Source: Actinomycetota bacterium
Lineage (GTDB): Bacteria; Actinomycetota; UBA4738; CALAEC01
NCBI GenBank assembly: GCA_035513995.1
Contig: DATKBL010000135.1
Location: 1-44,941, forward strand
DNA length: 44,941 nucleotides
Direction: 5' to 3'
The position numbers and the translations under genes are program-made. Within the stretch, counting starts at the first letter, position 1. Every line of letters begins with the position of its first letter. Shown here piece by piece: positions 35,789-42,938 of the stretch. Under the pieces are notes generated by a model that was not told where the DNA came from, did not search any database, and saw nothing but the letters and a program-made list of their open reading frames with translations.

Positions 35789-36228
35789 CTGGGGGCGGCG
35801 TCCCGGATCGCCAGCGTGAGGCGTCCGGTGGCGACCAGCCGCCCCTCGTCGTCCTCGACCCGGACGTCCCACAGCGCGGTCGAGCGGCCCACGTGGAGCG
35901 GGACTCCGGTGGCGGTGACGTGACCCTCTCGCACCGCCCGGAGGTGGTTCACCGAGAGCTGGATACCCACGGGCCGCCGGTCGAGGCCCACGTGGATCGA
36001 GGTGCCGAACGACCCGACCGTCTCACAGAGCGCGGCCGTGGCGCCCCCGTGGAGGAGGCTGTAGGGCTGGGTGTTGCCGGCGACCGGGATCCTGGCCACG
36101 ATCCGGTCGAGGCCCACCTCGAGCCACTCGAGCTCGATGCGCTCCATGAAGGTCCCGCGGCTGATGTCCCTGGCGATGTCCAGGGCCTGCTCGGCGGTGA
36201 CGCCGGGCGGCATGCGGTTCTCGCTCAT
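35785..36228 (-). CDS. PaaI-family (hotdog fold) thioesterase
   Basis: The ATG at 36228 (MSENRMPPG...) leads into the pattern ...N..G.LHGGA.A.L.E...S...V.....L.V.HLR.., which is typical of the 4HBT/PaaI hotdog class. Confidence 0.8.
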   Translation of the reverse strand: MSENRMPPGVTAEQALDIARDISRGTFMERIELEWLEVGLDRIVARIPVAGNTQPYSLLHGGATAALCETVGSFGTSIHVGLDRRPVGIQLSVNHLRAVREGHVTATGVPLHVGRSTALWDVRVEDDEGRLVATGRLTLAIRDAAPR

Positions 36229-36262
36229 CGGCGGAAGCAGTCTAGCCGAGGGAGCCCCGCCC

Positions 36263-36928
36263 TCAGGAGGCGCGGACCCAGAGGTTGTCGGCGATCTCGG
36301 GGCCAAGGGCGACCCTCGCCCCGTTCACCTCGAGCGTGCGCGTGCCGTCGGGGCCCACGGAGTCCACGGTCAGCCGCGCGCCGGGCATCAGCCCGCTGTC
36401 CTGCAGGAAGCGCATCACGTCGAGGTCGAGCTCGAGGTCCTCGGTGAGCCGCTCGAGCCTGCCGGACGTGCCTGGCTCCAGCTCGTGGAGCGGCCGAAGC
36501 CCCTCCTGGTCCACCTTCCTGGCGGAGCCGGGGATCGGGTTGCCGTGGACGCAGGTGGCCGGGTCGTCCAGGACCGCGGTGAACCGCTCCTCCACGCTGT
36601 CGGAGATCGCCCGGCCCCACACGGTGGCCTCCTCGTGCGAGAGGTACCAGGGCAGGCCGACCACCTCCACCAGGAAGCGCTCGGCGAGTCGGTGGCGGCG
36701 TACGAGGGTCTCGGCCAGCCCGCGCCCCTCGTCGGTGAAGGTGAGGTGGCGGTCCCCGCCCACCTCGACCAGCCGCCGCTGGACGAGGCGCTTCACCGCC
36801 TCGGAGACCGAGGCCGGCGTCACCCCCAGCCACTCGGCGATCCGCGCCTGCTGGGTGGGGATGCCCTCCTCGGCCATCTCGAAGATGGCCTCGAGGTAGT
36901 CCTCCTGATGGGAGCCGCCGGCCGCCAT
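36263..36928 (-). CDS. DtxR/MntR/IdeR-family metal-dependent transcriptional regulator with a FeoA/SH3-like C-terminal domain
   Basis: The ATG at 36928 gives MAAGGSHQEDYLEAIFEM...ARIAEWLGVTPASVSEAVKRL (winged helix-turn-helix), RHRLAERFL, HEEA and the C-terminal FeoA-like LTVDSVGPDG. Confidence 0.88.
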   Translation of the reverse strand: MAAGGSHQEDYLEAIFEMAEEGIPTQQARIAEWLGVTPASVSEAVKRLVQRRLVEVGGDRHLTFTDEGRGLAETLVRRHRLAERFLVEVVGLPWYLSHEEATVWGRAISDSVEERFTAVLDDPATCVHGNPIPGSARKVDQEGLRPLHELEPGTSGRLERLTEDLELDLDVMRFLQDSGLMPGARLTVDSVGPDGTRTLEVNGARVALGPEIADNLWVRAS

Positions 36929-36939
36929 GGAGGAGAGTC

Positions 36940-36953
36940 TACAATCGGCACGG
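36940..36953 (+). promoter_or_regulatory. -10 box TACAAT placed 7 nt before the polA GTG (candidate leaderless transcript)
   Basis: TACAAT at 36940-36945 and GTG at 36953. The only SD-like sequence is 15 nt away. Confidence 0.4.
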
Positions 36954-39580
36954 TGGGGACCGAGCGACTCTTCCTGCTGGACGGCCACAGCCTCTCCTAC
37001 CGGGCGTTCTTCGCCCTCCCCCCCGACCTGGCCACCTCGACGGGCCAGGTGACCAACGCCGTCTACGGGTTCACCTCGATGCTGATCAAGCTCCTCGCGG
37101 AGGAGCGGCCCGAGTACGTCGCGGTCGCCTTCGACAAGGGACGCCCGACGGTGCGCCTCGAGCAGTACGCCGAGTACAAGGCCGGCCGGGCCGAGACGCC
37201 GGACGAGTTCCGCCAGCAGCTGCCGCTGATCCGCGAGGTGCTCGAGGCGCTGCGGATCCCGATCGTCGAGGTCGAGGGCCACGAGGCCGACGACGCCATC
37301 GCCACGATCGCCGAGCGCGCGAGCGAGAAGGGCCTCGAGGTGGTGATCGTCACGGCCGACCGCGACTTCTTCCAGCTCGTGCGCCCCGGCATCAGCGTGA
37401 AGTTCAACCGGAAGGGGATCTCCGACATCGTCGACTACGACGTAGCGGCGGTCACGGAACGATTCGGGGTGCCGCCCGAGAAGTACATCGAGCTCGTGGC
37501 GCTGAAGGGCGACACCTCCGACAACATCCCGGGGGTGCCCGGCGTCGGCGACAAGACCGCCGCGCGCCTGATCACCGAGCACGGGAGCGTCGAGGGGGTG
37601 CTCGAGCACGCCGAGGAGCTCACCCCCAAGCTGCGGGCGGGCATCGAGGAGGCGGGGGACACGCTGATCCGCAACCGCGAGCTCGTGCGGCTCGTGACCG
37701 ACCTCGACGTCTCCATCGAGCCTCAGGACTGCCGGATCGGGGAGTGGGACCAGAACGAGATCCGCGCCCTGTTCAACACCCTGGAGTTCCGGACGCTGCT
37801 GGAGCGCCTGCAGGAGGTGGGCGAGGCGCGCCCGGCCGCCGCGGACGTCGAGCTGCGCCTCGAGGAGGGCGACCTGGAGGCGGTCGCCTCGGTGCTCGAC
37901 ACGGGCGGGCCCGTCGCCGTGGCCCTGGGCGCGAAGGACGGGGCTCCGTCCGCGATCGCGGTCTCGGCGGGGGAGGGCCGCGGCGTCCATGCCTCCCTGG
38001 ACGGCGCCCTCCCGGAGCCGGTCCGCGGGTGGCTCGAGGATTTGGACCGACCGATCTGGGTCCACGACGCGAAAGAGCTCCAGGCGGCGCTACTCCCGCT
38101 GGGCGTGGAGGCCGCCGGCGTGGAGCTCGACACGATGCTGGCCGGCTACCTTCTCGATCCCGCGGAGGCCTCCTATCCGATCGGCGCCCTCTCGGAGCGG
38201 TACCTCGGAGCCGACCTCGTCGGGGAGGCCGCCGAGGCGAGCGACGACGGCCAGCTGGCGCTGGGCGAGGAGGACCGAGGTCCTCTCGCGGCCGAGGCGG
38301 CGACCGTGGCGGTGCTCGCCCCGCTCCTGGCCGAGCGACTCGAACGGGTCGGCGCCGCCGACCTCCTCCGCGACGTGGAGCTCCCGCTGGCCACGGTCCT
38401 GGCCCGCATGCAGGCCGCGGGCGTGCGGATCGACGTGCCCTATCTCCAGGAGATGTCCGAGGCGCTCGGCGACCGGATGCGCGCGCTCGAGGTCGAGATC
38501 TACGAGCACGCCGGCGAGGAGTTCAACCTCCACTCACCGCCGCAGCTCCGGGTGATCCTCTACGAGAAGCTCGGCCTCACGCCCGGCAAGCGCACCAAGA
38601 CCGGGTACTCGACCGACGCCGCCACCCTGGAGAAGCTGCGGCACCGGCACCCGATCGTGGACGCGCTGCTCTCGTACCGGGAGCTCGCGAAGCTGAAGTC
38701 GACGTACCTCGACGCCCTGCCCCCGCTCGTCCACGCGTCGACGGGGCGGGTCCACACCACCTTCAGCCAGGTCGCCGCCGCGACGGGCCGTCTCTCCTCG
38801 CTCACCCCCAATCTCCAGAACATCCCGGTCCGCGGCGAGCAGGGCCGGGAGATCCGCAAGGCCTTCATCGCCGCGGAGGGGAGGGTGCTGCTCGTCGCCG
38901 ACTACTCGCAGATAGAGCTGCGGGTCCTGGCCCACCTCTCCGGGGACGAGGCGCTGGCGGCGGCCTTCGCCGAGGACGCCGACATCCACGCGGCCACGGC
39001 CGCGAAGGTGTTCGGCCTGCCGCTCGAGCAGGTGGACCCGGAGCTGCGGCGACGGGCCAAGGTCGTGAACTACGGCCTGGCCTACGGGATGAACGCCTAC
39101 GGCCTCGCGACTCGGCTGGGGATCGCTCCCGACGAGGCCAAGGAGTTCATCGACGCCTACTTCGAGGGCTTCCCTCGGGTCCGGGAGTTCCTCGACCAGC
39201 AGGTCACCAGGGCCGCGGCCGAGGGGTTCACGCAGACGATCCTGGGGAGGCGGCGCTACCTGCCCGAGCTCCAGTCGCCGAACCCCAGGATCCGCGACCT
39301 GGGTCGCCGGATGGCGCTCAACGCCCCGATCCAGGGCTCGGCCGCCGACATCATCAAGCTGGCGATGATCCGCGTGGACCGTGCGCTCCCCGGGCTCCCG
39401 GCCACGATGGTCCTCACCGTGCACGACGAGCTCGTGCTGGAGGTGGAGGAGGCCGCCGCCGGCGAGGTCGGGGACGCCGTCCGCGAGGAGATGTCCGGGG
39501 CCTACGAGCTCTCGGTGCCCCTGCGCGTGGACCTCGGGACCGGCCCCACGTGGGCCGACGCCACGCCCGAGGGCCACTGA
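36953..39580 (+). CDS. polA: DNA polymerase I
   Basis: The GTG at 36953 gives VGTERLFLLDGHSLSYRAFFALP (5' nuclease domain). The polymerase motifs are DYSQIELRVLAH, RRRAKVVNYGLAYG and VHDELVLE. Confidence 0.95.
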   Translation: MGTERLFLLDGHSLSYRAFFALPPDLATSTGQVTNAVYGFTSMLIKLLAEERPEYVAVAFDKGRPTVRLEQYAEYKAGRAETPDEFRQQLPLIREVLEALRIPIVEVEGHEADDAIATIAERASEKGLEVVIVTADRDFFQLVRPGISVKFNRKGISDIVDYDVAAVTERFGVPPEKYIELVALKGDTSDNIPGVPGVGDKTAARLITEHGSVEGVLEHAEELTPKLRAGIEEAGDTLIRNRELVRLVTDLDVSIEPQDCRIGEWDQNEIRALFNTLEFRTLLERLQEVGEARPAAADVELRLEEGDLEAVASVLDTGGPVAVALGAKDGAPSAIAVSAGEGRGVHASLDGALPEPVRGWLEDLDRPIWVHDAKELQAALLPLGVEAAGVELDTMLAGYLLDPAEASYPIGALSERYLGADLVGEAAEASDDGQLALGEEDRGPLAAEAATVAVLAPLLAERLERVGAADLLRDVELPLATVLARMQAAGVRIDVPYLQEMSEALGDRMRALEVEIYEHAGEEFNLHSPPQLRVILYEKLGLTPGKRTKTGYSTDAATLEKLRHRHPIVDALLSYRELAKLKSTYLDALPPLVHASTGRVHTTFSQVAAATGRLSSLTPNLQNIPVRGEQGREIRKAFIAAEGRVLLVADYSQIELRVLAHLSGDEALAAAFAEDADIHAATAAKVFGLPLEQVDPELRRRAKVVNYGLAYGMNAYGLATRLGIAPDEAKEFIDAYFEGFPRVREFLDQQVTRAAAEGFTQTILGRRRYLPELQSPNPRIRDLGRRMALNAPIQGSAADIIKLAMIRVDRALPGLPATMVLTVHDELVLEVEEAAAGEVGDAVREEMSGAYELSVPLRVDLGTGPTWADATPEGH

Positions 39581-39585
39581 GCGTG

Positions 39586-39615
39586 TTGACGGCATCTTCG
39601 CAGGTCGCCTAAGAT
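39586..39615 (+). promoter_or_regulatory. candidate strong promoter of rpsA (TTGACG-N18-TAAGAT)
   Basis: TTGACG at 39586-39591 and TAAGAT at 39610-39615, directly after the polA stop. Confidence 0.5.
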
Positions 39616-39713
39616 GTTCGGGCCCCCGGGGGCGTAGTCTGCCTGCTCGGATCCCTCACCTCGATCCGGTTCGGCGTGAGCGTCACCGTCGGGCAGAGAG
39701 GAGCTGATCGACG

Positions 39714-41183
39714 ATCGAAGAGACGAACGGGCCGGAGGGCGTTGCCGCCGACGTCCAGGACGACCTGACGCCCGAGGAGCTGATCAAGGCGATCGAGGAG
39801 TCCGTCAAGGACCTCAACGATGGCGACCTGGTCACCGGGCAGGTGGTCCGCATCGATCCCGACGAGGTGCTCCTCGACATCGGCTACAAGTCCGAAGGGG
39901 TCATCCCCACCAAGGAGCTCTCGATCCGCCACGACGTCGATCCCTCCGAGGAAGTCTCGATCGGCGACGAGCTCGAGGCGCTCGTCCTCCAGAAGGAGGA
40001 CAAGGAGGGGCGCCTGATCCTCTCCAAGAAGCGCGCGCAGTACGAGCGCGCCTGGGGCCGCATCGAGGAGGTCATGGAGTCGGGCGGCACGATCGAGGGC
40101 CCCGTGATCGAGGTCGTCAAGGGCGGCCTGATCCTCGACATCGGTCTGCGGGGGTTCCTGCCCGCCTCCCTCGTCGACCTGCGCCGAGTGCGCGACCTCC
40201 ACCCCTTCGTGGGCCAGGCGCTCGAGTGCAAGATCATCGAGCTCGACCGCAACCGCAACAACGTGGTGCTCTCGCGACGGGCGTTCCTCGAGGAGTCGCA
40301 GAGCGAGAGCCGCAAGAAGGTGCTCGAGTCGCTCCAGCCCGGCGAGCGGCGGACCGGCAAGGTCTCCTCGATCGTGAACTTCGGCGCGTTCGTGGACCTC
40401 GGCGGCGTGGACGGGCTGGTGCATGTTTCCGAGCTCTCCTGGCGGCACGTCGAGCATCCCGGCGAGGTCGTGACCGTCGGCGAGGACGTGGAGGTCGAGG
40501 TTCTGGACATCGACCTTGACCGCGAGCGCGTCTCGCTCTCGCTCAAGGCCACCCAGGAGGACCCCTGGAAGGAGTTCGAGCGGAAGTACAACGCCGGCGA
40601 GGTGATCGAGGGCGAGGTGACGAAGCTCGTGCCGTTCGGGGCCTTCGTGCGAGTGTCCGAGGACATCGAGGGTCTCGTCCACATCAGCGAGCTCTCCGAG
40701 GCGCACGTGGAGTCGGCCGAGGAGGTCGTCAGCGTAAGCGATCGCGTCCGCGTGAAGGTCGTCGACGTGGACGTCTCGCGCAGGCGCATCTCGCTGTCCA
40801 TGCGCCGGGTCGAGGGCGACGCCATCATCACGCCGGAGTTCGAGCCGGAGCCTGACGAGGTCGTGCCCGAGTCCGCCCCCGAGGCGGAGGTCGAGGCGGC
40901 CGAGCCCGAACCCGACGCCGAGGAGGCCGAGCCCGAACCCGAGGCGCAGCCGGAGGCCGACGCGCAGCCGGAACCGGAGGCGCAGCCGGAGGCCGACGCC
41001 GAGGAGGCCGAGCCCGAGCCCGAGCCCGAGCCCGAGGAGCAGGCGGCCGAGCCCGAGCCCGAGGCCGAGATAGCCCCCGAGGAGCCGGCCGCGCAGGACG
41101 ATGGCGCGGAAGAGGGCGGGGACGAGGACGTCTCCCTCGAGGACATCGTCGCCGACCTCCGGCGCCGCGAAGGCCGCGAGTAG
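39714..41183 (+). CDS. rpsA: 30S ribosomal protein S1; the start codon is unresolved (no canonical start covers the conserved N-terminus)
   Basis: Colinear with actinobacterial RpsA (VLLDIGYKSEGVIP, KEDKEGRLILSKKRAQYERAW, four S1 repeats). The conserved EELIKAIEESVKDLNDGDLVTGQV lies upstream of the first canonical start (GTG 39843) and downstream of an in-frame TGA at 39705. ATC 39714 sits 10 nt after the SD AGAGAGGAG. Confidence 0.9.
   Translation: MEETNGPEGVAADVQDDLTPEELIKAIEESVKDLNDGDLVTGQVVRIDPDEVLLDIGYKSEGVIPTKELSIRHDVDPSEEVSIGDELEALVLQKEDKEGRLILSKKRAQYERAWGRIEEVMESGGTIEGPVIEVVKGGLILDIGLRGFLPASLVDLRRVRDLHPFVGQALECKIIELDRNRNNVVLSRRAFLEESQSESRKKVLESLQPGERRTGKVSSIVNFGAFVDLGGVDGLVHVSELSWRHVEHPGEVVTVGEDVEVEVLDIDLDRERVSLSLKATQEDPWKEFERKYNAGEVIEGEVTKLVPFGAFVRVSEDIEGLVHISELSEAHVESAEEVVSVSDRVRVKVVDVDVSRRRISLSMRRVEGDAIITPEFEPEPDEVVPESAPEAEVEAAEPEPDAEEAEPEPEAQPEADAQPEPEAQPEADAEEAEPEPEPEPEEQAAEPEPEAEIAPEEPAAQDDGAEEGGDEDVSLEDIVADLRRREGRE
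40880..41075 (+). repeat. imperfect tandem repeats encoding the acidic (E/P/A/D-rich) C-terminal tail of S1
   Basis: gccgagcccgaacccga occurs twice, gaggcgcagccggaggccgacgc occurs twice, and gagccc occurs four times consecutively (41010-41033). Confidence 0.8.
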
Positions 41184-41193
41184 GCACACCCCC

Positions 41194-41802
41194 ATGCTCC
41201 TGGTCGGCCTCACGGGCGGCCTCGGGGCCGGCAAGTCCACCGTCGCCCGGATGCTCGCGAATCGTGGCGCCGTGGTCGTGGACGCCGACGAGCTGGCGCG
41301 ACGCGCGGTCGCCCCCGGCACCCCCGGTCACCGGAAGGTCCTCGAGGTGTTCGGCGAGGGCGTGTTGGACGAGGACGGCTCGATCGACCGGCGGGCGCTG
41401 GCCGGGGTCGTCTTCGAGGACCCGGCGGCCCGCCGCGACCTCGAGTCGATCACCCATCCGGAGGTCTTCCGCCTGCTCGCCGAGGAGGTCGAGCGGCGAC
41501 GGGAGACGAACGACGTGGTGGTCTTCGACGCGGCCCTCATCGTGGAGACCGGGTTCGATGAATCGACGGATGTGCTCGTCGTCGTGGCCCTGGACCCCGC
41601 GCTCCAGCTGGAGCGGGTCGTCTCCCGGGGCATGGACCGCGCCGAGGCCGAGGCTCGGATCGCGGCGCAGGCGTCGTCGGGGGAGCGCGAGGCTCGCGCC
41701 GATGAGGTGGTTCACAACGACGGCGACCTCGCGGACCTCGAGCGGCAGGTGGACGCGCTGTGGGAGCGGCTGCTGCGGCGCGAGGCCGCGACGCGCGGCT
41801 GA
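41194..41802 (+). CDS. coaE: dephospho-CoA kinase
   Basis: The ATG at 41194 gives MLLVGLTGGLGAGKSTVA (P-loop). Also VVDADELAR and ITHPEV. The classic rpsA-coaE-uvrB gene order supports the call. Confidence 0.9.
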   Translation: MLLVGLTGGLGAGKSTVARMLANRGAVVVDADELARRAVAPGTPGHRKVLEVFGEGVLDEDGSIDRRALAGVVFEDPAARRDLESITHPEVFRLLAEEVERRRETNDVVVFDAALIVETGFDESTDVLVVVALDPALQLERVVSRGMDRAEAEARIAAQASSGEREARADEVVHNDGDLADLERQVDALWERLLRREAATRG

Positions 41803-41822
41803 GGGCGGCTATCATCGCGCCC

Positions 41823-42536
41823 GTGGAGCCGAAGGCGGTCTTCTTCGACGCGGGCGAGACCCTCGTTCATCCGCACCCCTCCTTCCCGGAGCTGTTCGCC
41901 GAGGTGCTCCGGGACGAGGGGTACGAGGTCGACCCGGAGACGGTGCGCGAGATGGCGTGGGGGGCGTCGCAGCGTTTCACGGAGAATCTCCGAAGCGACG
42001 AGCACGCCCTGTGGTCCACCTCGCCCGACCGCTCCCGCCGCTTCTGGTTCTCGATGTACCTCGGGCTCCTGGAGGACACGGGGATCGAGGACTCGGAGGG
42101 CAGGGTCACCGCCGCCCTGTACGCGCGGTTCAGCGACCTCGAGAGCTACCGCCTGCACGCCGACGCCCTCCCCCTCCTGGAGCGGCTGGCGGCGGCCGGC
42201 TACCCGATGGGGCTCATCTCGAACTTCGAGGCGTGGCTCGAGGGTCTCCTGGAGAAGCTCGACGTGACCCGCTTCTTCCCGGTCCGGGTGGTGTCGGGGC
42301 TGGAGGGGGTGGAGAAGCCCGACCCGGCGATCTTCCGGATCGCGCTCGACCGGATGGGGGTGGCCGCCGAGGAGTCGGTGTACGTGGGAGACCACCCGTA
42401 CTTCGACGTGGAGGCGGCGCGGGAGGTGGGGATGCGGCCGGTCCTGATCGACCGGCGCGACCTCTACCCCGACGCCGACGCGGTGCGCATCTCCTCGCTC
42501 GAGGATCTGCCCGAGGCGCTCGGGCTGCCCGTCTGA
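41823..42536 (+). CDS. HAD-superfamily hydrolase (subfamily IA-like)
   Basis: The GTG at 41823 gives VEPKAVFFDAGETL (motif I, with Gly in place of the second Asp), LISNF (motif II) and VGDHPYFDVEAA (motif IV). The start is uncertain (track ATG 41760 overlaps coaE). Confidence 0.72.
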   Translation: MEPKAVFFDAGETLVHPHPSFPELFAEVLRDEGYEVDPETVREMAWGASQRFTENLRSDEHALWSTSPDRSRRFWFSMYLGLLEDTGIEDSEGRVTAALYARFSDLESYRLHADALPLLERLAAAGYPMGLISNFEAWLEGLLEKLDVTRFFPVRVVSGLEGVEKPDPAIFRIALDRMGVAAEESVYVGDHPYFDVEAAREVGMRPVLIDRRDLYPDADAVRISSLEDLPEALGLPV

Positions 42537-42913
42537 TGGACGAGGCCCCCGAGCGCCGCTTCACGCTCGAGGAGGCCGAGGCCGAGCTGCCGCGCCTGCG
42601 CGAGCTCCTCCCCGAGCTGCGAGAGGCGCGACGTCGCGTGCTGGCCTCCGGAGAGCGGGTCCGGGGGGTGGCCCGCCGCAACGGCGGGGGGCGGGAGGGG
42701 ACCGACTACTGGCGGGCGATCGAGACGCTGCGCCGGGGGGTCGAGGACGTCGCGGGGAGGGGCATCGTGCTTCGCGACGCCGACTCGGGGCTCGTGGACT
42801 TCCCGGCCGAGCGGGAGGGCCGGCTGGTGTTCCTCTGCTGGCGGCTCGGTGAGGACCGGGTCGCCCACTGGCACGACGTCGACGCCGGCTTCGGCGGGCG
42901 GCGCCCACTCTGA
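42536..42913 (+). CDS. DUF2203 family protein
   Basis: The ATG at 42536 overlaps the upstream stop (TGATG). 125 aa with FTLEEAEAELP.L and the C-terminal GIVLRDADSGLVDFPAEREGRLVFLCWRLGEDRVAHWH, characteristic of DUF2203. Confidence 0.7.
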   Translation: MDEAPERRFTLEEAEAELPRLRELLPELREARRRVLASGERVRGVARRNGGGREGTDYWRAIETLRRGVEDVAGRGIVLRDADSGLVDFPAEREGRLVFLCWRLGEDRVAHWHDVDAGFGGRRPL

Positions 42914-42924
42914 CCGCCGGGCCG

Positions 42925-42938
42925 TAGAATCTCCTCCA
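42925..42938 (+). promoter_or_regulatory. -10 box TAGAAT placed 7 nt before the uvrB ATG (candidate leaderless transcript)
   Basis: TAGAAT at 42925-42930 and ATG at 42938. There is no SD in between (ctcctcc). Confidence 0.4.

Noticed and set aside
39843-41183. The ORF-track start (GTG 39843) for rpsA.
   Set aside because: The 45 in-frame codons upstream encode sequence conserved in S1 (NDGDLVTGQV), so translation almost certainly begins upstream. It is kept as a fallback only.
42880-42937. LexA SOS box or PafBC-type RecA-independent promoter upstream of uvrB. The polA and dnaE upstream regions were also checked.
   Set aside because: Neither TCGAAC-N4-GTTCGA nor TGTCRGTG-N8-TANNNT is present. 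Only a plain -10 hexamer was found.
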